Shown here: piece by piece, positions 1-10,087 of the stretch
Layout of the letters: each line of letters opens with the position of its first letter
Position numbering within the stretch: the stretch's first letter is position 1
Origin: Spirochaetia bacterium
GTDB taxonomy: Bacteria > Spirochaetota > Spirochaetia > DSM-2461
Assembly (NCBI GenBank): GCA_963668315.1
Contig: OY764216.1
Coordinates: 4,992,001-5,056,000, forward strand
Length of the DNA stretch: 64,000 bases
Direction of reading: 5' to 3'
Notes under the pieces: generated by a model
The model's input: the letters and a program-made list of their open reading frames with translations, nothing else
Database searches by the model: none
What the model was told of the DNA's origin: nothing
Made by a program: the position numbers and the translations under genes

Positions 1-812
1 ACAGCTTCTTTATCCCTGGCAGGAAGATGGGACAGGATGTTCCTCATAAAATGAATTTTACAGCGTTGCCAGGAGCAACCGATGAGTTCCTTTCTTATGG
101 CGGCTTGAAGTCCCAGATGGGCATCAGAGACACAGAGCCAGGCATTTTTAAATCCTCTTGCTTTAAGAGACCTGAACAGTTCGGTATAAGTGCTTTCTGA
201 TTCTTCCTGCATTGGTTCAACAGCAAGGATTTCTTTGAATCCTTGTGAATTAACACCAGATACAACCATCACAGCCATATTTCTCACTCTTCCGTTATAC
301 CGGATCTTTTCATAGAGGGCATCAACCCAGATGACAGGATATTCTGAATCAAGAGATCGATAGCGGAATTCATCTACCTGTTCATCAAGTCCCTTATTGA
401 TTTCAGAGACCTGGCTGGCTGAAATATTTTCAATGCCCAGACTCATAGCCAATTTCTCAATCTTTCTGGTTGAAACACCGTTGATAAATGCTTCCTGGAC
501 AACCTGAATCAGAGCTTGCTCGGATCTCTTCTTTTCTGTTACAAAGAAGGGAATATATCCGCCTTTTCTGAGCTTGGGGACAAGGAGATACAGTGTTCCA
601 AGACGAGTATCAAATCGGCGTGGTCGATATCCAGAAAAATGGGTGGATCTTCCCATAGAATGAGACCCCTTTTGAGCTCCTACTTTATTCGCCGCTTCTA
701 TTTCCATAAGCTTTTCCAGTAGCCATTGCAATAAGCTGAAAATGGGATCCGGCTCCGATATGAATTGGAGTAGCATTTTTTCCAGATTCCCATTATCATT
801 TTCCTTAGCCAT
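1..812 (-). CDS. IS256-family transposase (3' end outside the window)
   Basis: Manual translation from ATG at 812: MAKENDNGNLEKMLLQF...SGYRPRRFDTRLGTLYLLVPKLRKGGYIPFF...QEAFINGVSTRKIE, typical Mutator/IS256 motifs. Not in the ORF track because it has no stop in the window. Confidence 0.85.
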   Translation of the reverse strand, partial: MAKENDNGNLEKMLLQFISEPDPIFSLLQWLLEKLMEIEAANKVGAQKGSHSMGRSTHFSGYRPRRFDTRLGTLYLLVPKLRKGGYIPFFVTEKKRSEQALIQVVQEAFINGVSTRKIEKLAMSLGIENISASQVSEINKGLDEQVDEFRYRSLDSEYPVIWVDALYEKIRYNGRVRNMAVMVVSGVNSQGFKEILAVEPMQEESESTYTELFRSLKARGFKNAWLCVSDAHLGLQAAIRKELIGCSWQRCKIHFMRNILSHLPARDKEA

Positions 813-909
813 CGTTTTTCTCCTTGTGGTTTTAGTAGTGCATTACCATTCTGGAGAATTCGATGGCTTCTTTCAATAATTAAAATTGCGAACTTGATTG
901 TACGCTATC
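1..909 (-). mobile_element. IS256-family insertion sequence (partial, runs off the window start)
   Basis: Terminal IR on the - strand, GATAGCGTACAATCAAGTTCGCAATTTT, ends at 909 and resembles the GATAGTGTACAATAGTGTCTG end of the IS256 at 51922-53221. Contains an IS256-like transposase. Confidence 0.85.
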
Positions 910-951
910 ATATCCCATCGGCATAAACATAAACAATTATACCTCTTTTTC

Positions 952-980
952 TTGACTCCCTGAACATCCGGTGCTACACT
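952..980 (+). promoter_or_regulatory. sigma70-like promoter of the esterase gene
   Basis: TTGACT-17bp-TACACT. Confidence 0.55.
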
Positions 981-994
981 TTTTTCATATAATT

Positions 995-1010
995 ATGTTT
1001 GCGCAAACAT
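995..1010. promoter_or_regulatory. LacI-family operator
   Basis: Perfect palindrome ATGTTTGCGCAAACAT with central CG, just downstream of the promoter. A related site lies at 5983-6000. Confidence 0.7.
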
Positions 1011-1088
1011 AGCTCGTCTTCGCGCTAGCTTTTCCCTCTGGGGATAAGGATATAGGAGTTTATCAAATGGAAGAAAACGGGAGGTTTT

Positions 1089-2744
1089 ATGAGAAAAATA
1101 CGAACCATGACATTGACGGCAGGGATCTGGCTGCCTATTCTGCTTTTTAGCCTGATGGCCTGCGCCACGGGAAAAACGGAAGTTGCCATGGGCTCGGGGG
1201 GATTTGTTCTCCCCGATGTCATCCAACTGGAAGAAGGACAGATCCGGGGAATACCGGTCGGAGATTCAACGGCCATGGCCTACCTGGGGATCCCCTATGC
1301 CGCCCCGCCGGTGGGAGATCTTAGATGGAAAGCCCCCCGGCCGGTCGATCCCTGGGAGGGAGTATTCGCCGCCGATTCTTTCGGTAACAGCGCCGTACAG
1401 CCTCCCCAGGAACCCTTTCGCATGTGGTCTACCGAATTCATTATCAGCAATAAAAACTACAGCGAAGACTGCCTCACCCTTAATGTCTGGACTGACAGGA
1501 ATTCCTCAACGGAAAAAAGGCCCGTTATCGTCTACATACACGGAGGGGGACTGACCACCGGCGGATCTTCCTGCGAAGTCTATTTCGGCGATAAAATCGT
1601 ACAGAAAGACGTGGTTTACGTCTCCATTAATTACCGGTTGGGGATCTTCGGATTCTTTGCCCATCCCGAGCTGTCCGGGGAAGGACCTGACGGTGCCAGC
1701 GGCAATTACGCCCTGATGGACGCGGTGGAAGCCCTTAAATGGGTGAAGAGAAATATTGCGGCCTTCGGGGGAGATCCGGATAACGTCACGATCATGGGAC
1801 AGTCTGCCGGCTCGCGGATGGTCCACGCTCTTATGATCAGCCCCCTGGCGGCCGGTCTGATAGACAGGGCGGTGGCGGAAAGCGCCAACCCTATCAGTCT
1901 TTCTCCTGCCATGGGTATGGTATCCCAGGAGACTCAGAACAAGATGGGTACCGCCTTTATGGAGTTCTGCGGCGCCGGCTCGCTGGCCGATTTACGGGCC
2001 ATGGATGCTCAGGAGATTTTCACCTGTGCCGTTAATCCGGATTTTCCCGGGGGCGGCCGGCGGCCGGGCTACAATACGGCCCTGACGGTGGACGGTTACG
2101 CCCTGACCGGCAGCGATCTGGATGTATACCGTAAAGGCTCCCAAAACGATATTCCCCTGATGACAGGAAGCGTCACCGGTGATACCGGTCTTTTCGGCCC
2201 GATAAACCTCACCACCCTGGAAGCCTACGGCGATTTCGCCGAGGATCTGGGGGATTTTTCAGAACAATTCCGCAGGGCCTACCCCGTCACTACCGATGCC
2301 GAGGTTGCCGCAGCGGCGGACGTACTGGCCGTGGATCAGATGAATATGCTTATCCGGGAGCTGGGAAAATCCCGGGCGATTAAGGGGAAATCCGATACAT
2401 ACCTCTATTATTTCACCAGGGAAATGCCGGCGGCCGGGGGTGTGGATTTTGCCGGAGCTTTCCACACGGCCGACGTCCCCTACTTCCTGAACTACTTCTA
2501 CGACGATCCCACCCGCCCCTGGAAGCCGGCGGATTTCGGTCTGGGAGAGATCATGTCCGACTATCTGGTTAATTTTGCCGGGACCGGAAATCCCAACGGC
2601 CCGGGACTGCCCCGCTGGGAGGCTTATGAAAACGGATTACTCCAGCTGCAGGAACTGGGAGACAGGGTCGCCCGCTATGAAGAAATGACGGCTGAACAGA
2701 TTGCGTTCTGGAGTGATTATCTCGACGCGATGCTGAACCTTTAA
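1089..2744 (+). CDS. Type-B carboxylesterase/lipase (para-nitrobenzyl esterase-like), probable lipoprotein
   Basis: GIPYAAPPVGDLRW, SEDCLTLNVW, HGGG oxyanion hole, GQSAG nucleophile elbow, GAFHTADV. N-terminal signal ending in LMAC. Confidence 0.9.
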   Translation: MRKIRTMTLTAGIWLPILLFSLMACATGKTEVAMGSGGFVLPDVIQLEEGQIRGIPVGDSTAMAYLGIPYAAPPVGDLRWKAPRPVDPWEGVFAADSFGNSAVQPPQEPFRMWSTEFIISNKNYSEDCLTLNVWTDRNSSTEKRPVIVYIHGGGLTTGGSSCEVYFGDKIVQKDVVYVSINYRLGIFGFFAHPELSGEGPDGASGNYALMDAVEALKWVKRNIAAFGGDPDNVTIMGQSAGSRMVHALMISPLAAGLIDRAVAESANPISLSPAMGMVSQETQNKMGTAFMEFCGAGSLADLRAMDAQEIFTCAVNPDFPGGGRRPGYNTALTVDGYALTGSDLDVYRKGSQNDIPLMTGSVTGDTGLFGPINLTTLEAYGDFAEDLGDFSEQFRRAYPVTTDAEVAAAADVLAVDQMNMLIRELGKSRAIKGKSDTYLYYFTREMPAAGGVDFAGAFHTADVPYFLNYFYDDPTRPWKPADFGLGEIMSDYLVNFAGTGNPNGPGLPRWEAYENGLLQLQELGDRVARYEEMTAEQIAFWSDYLDAMLNL

Positions 2745-2755
2745 GGAGCTCGACT

Positions 2756-2788
2756 AAAAAAAACAGCCCGTTGATCGGGCTGTTTTTT
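2756..2788. terminator. Bidirectional rho-independent terminator
   Basis: A-tract, CAGCCCG-ttgat-CGGGCTG stem, T-tract, between convergent genes. Confidence 0.8.
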
Positions 2789-2792
2789 GTCT

Positions 2793-4493
2793 TTACAGCC
2801 TCGTATCCCAGCGCTTGCAGAAGGGATCGACCGGGCTCTTTCCCTTGAATTCCGATCGGCCCATCAGTTTTTCCACCAGGGCGTCCACATTATCCCGGGT
2901 ATTGGAATAGGTGTTTATGTAGGTCTTGACCATGGGAACATCCAGAAGATGGTAGGGGTTTTCCATGGAGATAAATACAGTAGGCACTCCGGCGACATAG
3001 GCCGGCGCGTTCGCCCCTATGGGTTCCAGCCACTCGATTCTGACGGTGGTCTGGTTGCTCTTTGTCGCCAGAGCACAGAAATAGATGATGTAATCGTAAT
3101 CATCCATCACATCCTGATACTTTCTGACGCGCATTTCAAAAACCATGGAAGGTTCGAATACCTCTACTTCGTAACCCTCTTTCTCCAGTTTTTCTCTGAA
3201 GTAGCCGAAGTTCCCTCCCGAGACGCTGTGGGCCCCGGCGTTATCCCCTATCTTGTGCAGCAGAATTTTCTTGCCCTTCCCCGGCATGAGCGGCAGAGTT
3301 CCGTCGCTCTTCACCAGGGTGATGCTCTGATCGGCCACTTCTCTCGCCCACTGCCGGTACTCTTCGTTATTAATGATTTCCATCTCCCGGGACTCGGTCA
3401 GCAGGGTATTGTTTTTCTGTTTTTCGTGCAGTCCCAGGGCGGCCTTTGTCGCCAGGATTCTCGTGACTGCCTCATCCAGACGCTCCCCGGTGATCCTTCC
3501 GTCCTTCACGCCGTCCATCATGAGTTGAAAATCTTCCTCCAGATTTCTTGAATAGAGGAAAATATCACAGCCTGCGGCAATGATCTGAGGAACGGCGGCC
3601 GCTCTGGGCAGTTTCGTCATCATCCCCACCATGGTCGTCGCATCGGATACAATCATGCCGTTAAACCCCAGCTTCCCCCTGAGAAGATCGTTCAGAAGCT
3701 CGTAAGAAAGGGTGGCCGGCATAATCTCGCTGTCCTTGATCCCCGGCCGGAAGTGGCGTGAGTAGGCGGGATGCATGATATGCCCGGGCATGACGGAAAG
3801 CGCACCGGCGTCTATGCAGGTCTTATATACTTTCCCATAGGTTTCATCCCACTCTTCGCAGGACATGCTATTATAAGTGGTAACCACATGCTGGTCTCTC
3901 TCATCGGTGCCGTCCCCGGGGAAATGCTTGATGGACGTCAGGACCCCTTCGCTCTGCATCGCCTCCACATAGGCTTTGCCCATGGCCGCAACCCGGTCGG
4001 GATCGGAGCCGAAGGTCCTCGTGTTCGTAATGGGGCTTCTGAAATTGTAATCGATATCAATGCAGGGGGAAAATCCCCAGTTGGCGCCCACGGCCTTCGC
4101 CTCTTTCGCGCAGACCAGTCCCAGCCTCCTGGCGTTCTCCACGTCATCGGTCGCGGCGATCTGCATATTAGAACCGATGTTGGTCCCCTCGGTGATGATC
4201 CCGGAACCGCCCTTTTCCAGGTTGCCCGATATGAGCATGGGGACCTTACTTTTTCCCTGATAGTAATTACTTACCGTCCAGCAGCTCTCCCCTTTCATAG
4301 GACGGTATCCCGTACCTCCCGGCTGGAATTTCAGAACGAAGTCCGCTTCCTCCCGCCACTCTTCCTCATTTCTATGGATGAGACAGAACAGCTGCCCGAC
4401 CTTTTCTTCCGTAGATAGTCCTGCCAGAGTCTTGTTCACCCACTCTATATCATCATCCTTCAGAGAAAAAGGATTTCCCTTAAGATCGATCAT
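2793..4493 (-). CDS. GH3 glycoside hydrolase (NagZ/BglP-like; possibly a beta-glycoside phosphorylase)
   Basis: KHFPGDG-x-DERDQH, RTFGSDP, LRGKLGFNGMIVSDA and C-terminal GKSPVDPFC. Confidence 0.85.
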   Translation of the reverse strand: MIDLKGNPFSLKDDDIEWVNKTLAGLSTEEKVGQLFCLIHRNEEEWREEADFVLKFQPGGTGYRPMKGESCWTVSNYYQGKSKVPMLISGNLEKGGSGIITEGTNIGSNMQIAATDDVENARRLGLVCAKEAKAVGANWGFSPCIDIDYNFRSPITNTRTFGSDPDRVAAMGKAYVEAMQSEGVLTSIKHFPGDGTDERDQHVVTTYNSMSCEEWDETYGKVYKTCIDAGALSVMPGHIMHPAYSRHFRPGIKDSEIMPATLSYELLNDLLRGKLGFNGMIVSDATTMVGMMTKLPRAAAVPQIIAAGCDIFLYSRNLEEDFQLMMDGVKDGRITGERLDEAVTRILATKAALGLHEKQKNNTLLTESREMEIINNEEYRQWAREVADQSITLVKSDGTLPLMPGKGKKILLHKIGDNAGAHSVSGGNFGYFREKLEKEGYEVEVFEPSMVFEMRVRKYQDVMDDYDYIIYFCALATKSNQTTVRIEWLEPIGANAPAYVAGVPTVFISMENPYHLLDVPMVKTYINTYSNTRDNVDALVEKLMGRSEFKGKSPVDPFCKRWDTRL

Positions 4494-4521
4494 ACGTTCT
4501 CTCCTGTTACGCTTTGTTTAA

Positions 4522-5280
4522 TCAGCCTTTCCCCAGCGCCTCTTCCGCCTCATTCACACACTGAAGAGCATTCAATGTTCTCGGATAGCCGATATAGGGC
4601 ATGGCCTGGGATACGACCTTGATAAGAAAGGCCTTGTCGTTACCCATCTTCATATTCGCCCCGGCATGGGCTCTCAGCTGGGACTCGCACCCTCCCTGGG
4701 CGGAGAGCAGGCAGAAAGTGATCATTTCCCTCTGCTTCAGGTCCAGACCGCCCCGGGTGTAGTAATCTCCGAAGCAGTTCGCCGCAAGCCACCTGTTGAT
4801 ATGGCGCCGCTCTTCCGGACCGGACTTGTAGAACTCTTTCATGTGGGGGCCGAAGATTTCCGCCTGGGTATCCGCCCCTTTGAGGAGCCTCGTCTCCTCC
4901 GTCGTGACGGACTGGCTTTCCAGGGGCAGCTTTATCCCCATGTCAGTCATGACCTCATTGGTCGCATGGAAAATATCCAGAGTCCGTCCCATTCCCATAT
5001 AGGCGACGGCCTGGTAGACGATCTCCTTCGCTTCAACCGGGGTAACTCCGGAATTCAGGGCCCCTTCGAGCATTATTTTATACACCTCGGTTCCCTGACA
5101 GCCGATAAGGGTTGCCAGAATGGCGAGAAACCTTGTTTTGTCATCCAGATCATCTTCGTTAACAACTTCATCAAAGATAAAATTGTCAAAAAAGGCTGTG
5201 AAATCGGGATCCGTCCTTTCCAGGGGATCGGCCTGACGGGAATACATTCTATTTTTATAATCCCGGGAGAATTCGCTCAT
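4522..5280 (-). CDS. Carboxymuconolactone decarboxylase (CMD/AhpD) family protein, two domains
   Basis: FGDYYTRGGLDLKQREMITF, PYIGYPRTLNAL, duplicated CMD pattern. Confidence 0.85.
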   Translation of the reverse strand: MSEFSRDYKNRMYSRQADPLERTDPDFTAFFDNFIFDEVVNEDDLDDKTRFLAILATLIGCQGTEVYKIMLEGALNSGVTPVEAKEIVYQAVAYMGMGRTLDIFHATNEVMTDMGIKLPLESQSVTTEETRLLKGADTQAEIFGPHMKEFYKSGPEERRHINRWLAANCFGDYYTRGGLDLKQREMITFCLLSAQGGCESQLRAHAGANMKMGNDKAFLIKVVSQAMPYIGYPRTLNALQCVNEAEEALGKG

Positions 5281-5306
5281 ACCTCATACGCTCCTTATTT
5301 AATTTT

Positions 5307-5948
5307 CTATTTCGTCAACTCATCCAGAGGAAAATGATCCAGCCCGGATATACGGTAATCGGCTTTCCGATAGTTCGAAGCATCCCCTACCCCGACGGCA
5401 ACCATTCCCGCGGCCAGGGCGGCATCGATTCCCGCTTCGGCATCTTCCACGACGACACACTCGGCCGGCTTTATCCCCAGTTTGCGGGCCGCGATGAGAA
5501 ATACTTCCGGGTCGGGCTTGCTCCGGGAGATATCATTGCCGTCCGCCACGGCATCAAAACTTTTATCCAGGCCGATTTTTTCCAGGATTACCGGGGTATT
5601 CTTACTGGACGAACCGATGGCGATTTTGATGTTTCTTTCTCTCAGACTGTCCAGCAGGGGGTAAACGCCGGGAAGTATCTCATCGGGGGTAAGGTCATTC
5701 AGGGATTCACGGTAATAGCGGTTTTTTCTTTCGGCCAGTTCCCGCTTCTCTTCAGGCGTATAAGATTTGTCCCCGTGGCGCAGTACGACTTCCAGACTCT
5801 CCATCCTGCTGACGCCCCTCAGGTATTTATTCGATTCCCTGCCGAAGGAAATCCCCTCATCATCGGCCATCCGCTTCCAGGCATGATAATGGTAGTCATC
5901 GGTGGAAACGATAACCCCGTCCAGATCAAATATAACGCCTTTCATCAC
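5307..5948 (-). CDS. pgmB: Beta-phosphoglucomutase (HAD superfamily)
   Basis: IFDLDGVIVSTDDYHYHAWK, LRGVSRMESL, SSSKN, KPDPEVF, VEDAEAGI. Confidence 0.9.
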   Translation of the reverse strand: MMKGVIFDLDGVIVSTDDYHYHAWKRMADDEGISFGRESNKYLRGVSRMESLEVVLRHGDKSYTPEEKRELAERKNRYYRESLNDLTPDEILPGVYPLLDSLRERNIKIAIGSSSKNTPVILEKIGLDKSFDAVADGNDISRSKPDPEVFLIAARKLGIKPAECVVVEDAEAGIDAALAAGMVAVGVGDASNYRKADYRISGLDHFPLDELTK

Positions 5949-5982
5949 TCTGCTTTCCCGCCCTTCTGATTATTTTCATCAA

Positions 5983-6000
5983 AATGTTAACGCAAACATT
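5983..6000. promoter_or_regulatory. LacI-family operator upstream of the pgmB operon
   Basis: AATGTTAACGCAAACATT, an imperfect palindrome between pgmB and the divergent lacI. A - strand TTGACA lies at 6062-6067. Confidence 0.65.
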
Positions 6001-6176
6001 TTGATCTTCGAAAAAGGAAAAATAAACTATCCACTCCCAAATTACCATGGTATATTACAGCTGTCAACCTGAAATTACAGCCCGGTATTTCCCTCCCCGG
6101 TGACAATCATGGCCCTTTTGTTTTATGATGTTTCCCGGCGGGCATCAAATGACAGGATCAAAACCCCGGGAGAGTT

Positions 6177-7202
6177 ATGGCAAATCAGAAAGAGGTGGCA
6201 AAATTAGCAGGAGTCTCCTTTATGACCGTATCGAGAGTTATCAATAATACGGGAAATATAAGGGAGGAGACCAGAGAACGGGTTCTTGATGCCATAGAGA
6301 AGCTCAATTACCATCCGAACAGTATGGCCCGAGGCCTGAACAACAACAGAATCCACTCCATTGGAGTCGCCACCTCCCTCAGCTCATCCCATATCCTTGT
6401 AGCCTCCAGCCCCTTTTTTCACGGCCTGCTGAACGGGATAGAGTCCTCCCTGATGAAGCACCAGTCCGATCTGGTCATATCCACAAGACGCGGTCATAAG
6501 GGGACTTCGGATTATTTCAGGCTCTTCTATGAGCGGAAGGTGGACGGCATCATTCTGATAAGCACCTATCTCGACTCCTCCGATGTGGAAGAGATGCTGG
6601 CCAACAATATTCCCTGCGTCGTCATAGGAACCCGGACCGATTCGGACAGAATTGTCTGCATCGATTCGGACAATTTTCAGGCGGGGAAGGAGATCACCGA
6701 AAGGCTGATTGAGAAGGGCCACAGGAAAATCGGCTTTATCAGAGTAAGCGAGCAGAACAGTAATGTGGAAGAGCGGTACAGGGGATTCGGGGAGGCCATG
6801 AAAGCTCACGGACTGGAACCTGGGGAAGAGCACGTTTTTTCGGTAAGAATGGAAGAAGAGGAAGAGGCGGGCCGCCGGGTCATGAAGGCCGTCGCCGCCA
6901 TGGCCGATCCGCCGACCGCCGTCATTGCCTCCAACGACTTTCTGGCCATAGGCATGATCAGGGAAGCCCAGCGTCTGGGAATACCTATCCCCGGGGAACT
7001 TTCCGTCGTGGGATTTGATGCCATGGAAACGGGAAGGGTCATTCAGCCGTCCCTCTATTCGATGCGCCAGCCCCTGGGCGAAATGGGCTTCCTCGCCGCG
7101 GAAACCCTCATGCGGCTCATAGAGGATCCCCATGACGCGGGAAGCTCCCGGATATTTCCCATGGAACCGGTCCCGGGAGACAGCATGGCCCCGCCGAAAT
7201 AA
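6177..7202 (+). CDS. LacI-family transcriptional regulator
   Basis: HTH KEVAKLAGVSFMTVSRVIN, YHPNSMARGL hinge helix, periplasmic-binding-protein-like C-domain. Confidence 0.95.
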   Translation: MANQKEVAKLAGVSFMTVSRVINNTGNIREETRERVLDAIEKLNYHPNSMARGLNNNRIHSIGVATSLSSSHILVASSPFFHGLLNGIESSLMKHQSDLVISTRRGHKGTSDYFRLFYERKVDGIILISTYLDSSDVEEMLANNIPCVVIGTRTDSDRIVCIDSDNFQAGKEITERLIEKGHRKIGFIRVSEQNSNVEERYRGFGEAMKAHGLEPGEEHVFSVRMEEEEEAGRRVMKAVAAMADPPTAVIASNDFLAIGMIREAQRLGIPIPGELSVVGFDAMETGRVIQPSLYSMRQPLGEMGFLAAETLMRLIEDPHDAGSSRIFPMEPVPGDSMAPPK

Positions 7203-8984
7203 TCAATTCGCCTGGGGACTTCCGAACTGCTTCCGGTATAAGGCGCTGTAACGGCCTCCCCTCTCCAGAAGTTCCCTGTGATTTCCCTCTTCCTTCAGCT
7301 CCCCTTCCTCAATCACCATGATCCTGTCGGCATTCTGGATAGTCGAGAGGCGGTGGGCGATAATCAGGCAGGTCCGCCCCTTCTGCAGGCTGTCCATGGC
7401 TTTCTGAACCATGGCTTCGCTTTCCGTATCAAGGGCGCTGGTGGCTTCATCAAAAATCAGTACCGAAGGATTCTTCAGAAAAGCCCGTGATATGGCGATG
7501 CGCTGTCTCTGGCCTCCCGAGAGGAGCAGTCCCCTCTCTCCCACCACCGTATCCAGCCCGTCGGGCAGTTTTTCTATGAAATCCATGGCAAAAGCCTGTC
7601 TCGCCGCTTCCTCCACCTCCTCGTCGGCGGCCTCCGGTCTTCCGTAAAGAATATTCTCCCTTATGGTGCCGGAGAATAGGATCGGATCCTGGGGAACCAG
7701 GGCGATCTGCTGTCTCAGGGAGGCGATCGTGAAATTTCTCAAATCCTCCCCGTCTACCAGCACGGCCCCCGACTGGACATCGTAGAAGCGGCTGATCAGT
7801 TTGACAACGGTGGACTTGCCTCCTCCCGACTCCCCGACAAGGGCGGTGGTTTTCCGGCAGGGTATGGTCAGGTTCATCCCTTTCAGCACCGGTTTATTCT
7901 CTTGACCGTAACAGAAGTCCACATCCCGGAACCGGATATTCTCCCCGATTCCCCTAAGAATCACGGCATTGTCCCTGTCTTTCACATCCGGCTCCGTATC
8001 AAGAAGCTGAAATACCCGTTCCAGAGATCCCAGAGCCTCTGCGGTGACAATGATGGTTTCGCTCAGATAGGCAAAGGGATTATACAGCTGCTTCTGCATC
8101 ATCATAAACTGCACCAGCACGCTCAGACCGACAAGCTGAGGCTTATAAAGGGCCATGGCCGTTCCCACAGCCAGCAGGACAAGGGGGGCCAGGTTATTAA
8201 TCAGCTGCAGAGTCATCTGGCTCAGGCCCGACCAGTGGCCGGCCCGGGAATACTCCACCATCAGATTTTCCGAGATACTGTCGAATTTCTTGATCTCCTT
8301 GTCTTCCCCGTTGAAGGATTTCACCACGGTCATACCGGCGAATCGCTCCTGGGATCGGCCGGCCATCTCGGCGGTCATTTTTCTTATGTCGTGGGATATC
8401 CCTTTCATCCTTGTTCCCAGCTTGAAAAAGATATAGACCTGGGCGGGAATGAAAATGACGGAGACCAGCGTCAGAAGGGGGCTGAGCATAAACAGATAGA
8501 CCGCGATGACGAGAAAAGTCCCCATATGCATCCAGACGGTAATAGCCGCGGTGCTCAGAAAATTTTTCGCGCTGTCGATATCCCCGATGAGGCGGCTCAC
8601 CAGAGATCCGGTCTGGGCCGAATCGAAAAAGGTATGGGAGAGCTTGTAAACATGGCGGTAAAGATCGCAGCGGAGGGACATGATACTCTTCGCCGTTCCC
8701 TTCTGCGCCATCTGGCTCCTCAGGTAAATGGGCAGGGGACTGATCAAGATGAAACCGAGAACAACGAGAACAAGTCTCAGAATCTCCTGCCAGGCCTCAG
8801 CTTCGCCTATGTTCCCCCCCATCCTCGCCTGGAGCACTTCAATGGCCTTTCCGAAATAGCCGATGATAATTACGGGAACGAGAAATTTGTACAACCCGCA
8901 CAGGATGGCCCCTATATAGTAGGGCCAGTGGGGCTTCACATAGGCGAAAATCCGTATGAGCAGCGATTTTTTCTGGTTTTTCAT
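7203..8984 (-). CDS. ABC exporter, fused permease/ATPase (Sav1866/MsbA-like)
   Basis: N-terminal TM domain, GESGGGKS Walker A, LSGGQRQR signature, DEATSALD. Confidence 0.92.
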   Translation of the reverse strand: MKNQKKSLLIRIFAYVKPHWPYYIGAILCGLYKFLVPVIIIGYFGKAIEVLQARMGGNIGEAEAWQEILRLVLVVLGFILISPLPIYLRSQMAQKGTAKSIMSLRCDLYRHVYKLSHTFFDSAQTGSLVSRLIGDIDSAKNFLSTAAITVWMHMGTFLVIAVYLFMLSPLLTLVSVIFIPAQVYIFFKLGTRMKGISHDIRKMTAEMAGRSQERFAGMTVVKSFNGEDKEIKKFDSISENLMVEYSRAGHWSGLSQMTLQLINNLAPLVLLAVGTAMALYKPQLVGLSVLVQFMMMQKQLYNPFAYLSETIIVTAEALGSLERVFQLLDTEPDVKDRDNAVILRGIGENIRFRDVDFCYGQENKPVLKGMNLTIPCRKTTALVGESGGGKSTVVKLISRFYDVQSGAVLVDGEDLRNFTIASLRQQIALVPQDPILFSGTIRENILYGRPEAADEEVEEAARQAFAMDFIEKLPDGLDTVVGERGLLLSGGQRQRIAISRAFLKNPSVLIFDEATSALDTESEAMVQKAMDSLQKGRTCLIIAHRLSTIQNADRIMVIEEGELKEEGNHRELLERGGRYSALYRKQFGSPQAN

Positions 8985-9109
8985 AGTCCTTCATTTCCTT
9001 TCGGAGGATTATCCTAGCACTTTTCAAGGGGATGGATATGACAGAATCGCTCATGAAGACCTGATTAGTGTGCAGAAAGAAGCATGGTATATAATTTTGC
9101 CCGCCGTTC

Positions 9110-10087
9110 CTACAGGAGGGGAACGACAAGGCTTAGAAGAGGAACGATCAGGGCCAGCCCCATGGTTGTCACGAACCAGCAGGTATTGGCCAGATTCAGG
9201 TCCAGATCATACATGGTGGGGGGAACCAGGGCGGTAAATCCGACCGGCATGGCTCCGAGGATCAGTACGACTTTCAGAGCAAGACCGCCCGCCACGTCTC
9301 CCAGTCCCATGAAATAACCGGCTGCGACGCCGAACAGGGGCAGGAGGATTCCCTTGATTCCCCACATGGTAAATGCCGCCTTGAGGTAATGCTTCATGGG
9401 GCCGAAATGCATGGCCAGGCCGATGGATATCATGAGGAGAAAAGAGTTGGCCGGTATGATGATCCGGTTCATCTGCCCGAAAAAAGCCGGCCTTTCCACC
9501 GTCAGGTTCAGGATAATCCCCAGGAGGGTACTGAGAATCGTGGCGAATACGAAGGGATCCAGAAGTATCGTCATGACCCGTTTTCTCCGGCTGCGCCTGT
9601 CCTTGTCCTTGTCCTTATCTTCGGCGTGGGCGCTGACGCTTTTCGCCACGGGGAAACCTACCAGGAAATACCAGAATCTCTCGAAAAGCCCGTAGAAAGG
9701 AACCAGGGCGTATCCCGCTTCCCCCAGAAGAATAAAGGAGATCAATCCCCCCAGAGACCCCATATTGGTAAAGCCGCCGCAGACAAAGTAGACACCCCGC
9801 TGTTCCCGGTCAAGGCCCAGTTTTTTTGCCAGAAAGAGAGCCGTAAATGCGCCCAGCATCAGGGAGAAGAGACAGATAAAGGGAAGGGAAAACATCTCCC
9901 AGTGCTTCCAGGGAGCTACCCAGACACTGGAAACGATCGTGACCGGTCCGGCAATGACCATGCTGAAAAACTGAATATTCTGTCTCAGCTTCCTGTAGCT
10001 TCCCGGTCTGATGCGGTGAATGGAGTACCCTACCGTCAACCCGGTAAAGACAAGAAAAAGGGAAAAAAGCATGGACGCCACGATCAA
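9110..10087 (-). CDS. AEC (auxin efflux carrier)-family membrane transporter
   Basis: About 10 TM segments, FTNMGSLG and GAMPVG motifs. Confidence 0.7.
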   Translation of the reverse strand: MIVASMLFSLFLVFTGLTVGYSIHRIRPGSYRKLRQNIQFFSMVIAGPVTIVSSVWVAPWKHWEMFSLPFICLFSLMLGAFTALFLAKKLGLDREQRGVYFVCGGFTNMGSLGGLISFILLGEAGYALVPFYGLFERFWYFLVGFPVAKSVSAHAEDKDKDKDRRSRRKRVMTILLDPFVFATILSTLLGIILNLTVERPAFFGQMNRIIIPANSFLLMISIGLAMHFGPMKHYLKAAFTMWGIKGILLPLFGVAAGYFMGLGDVAGGLALKVVLILGAMPVGFTALVPPTMYDLDLNLANTCWFVTTMGLALIVPLLSLVVPLL

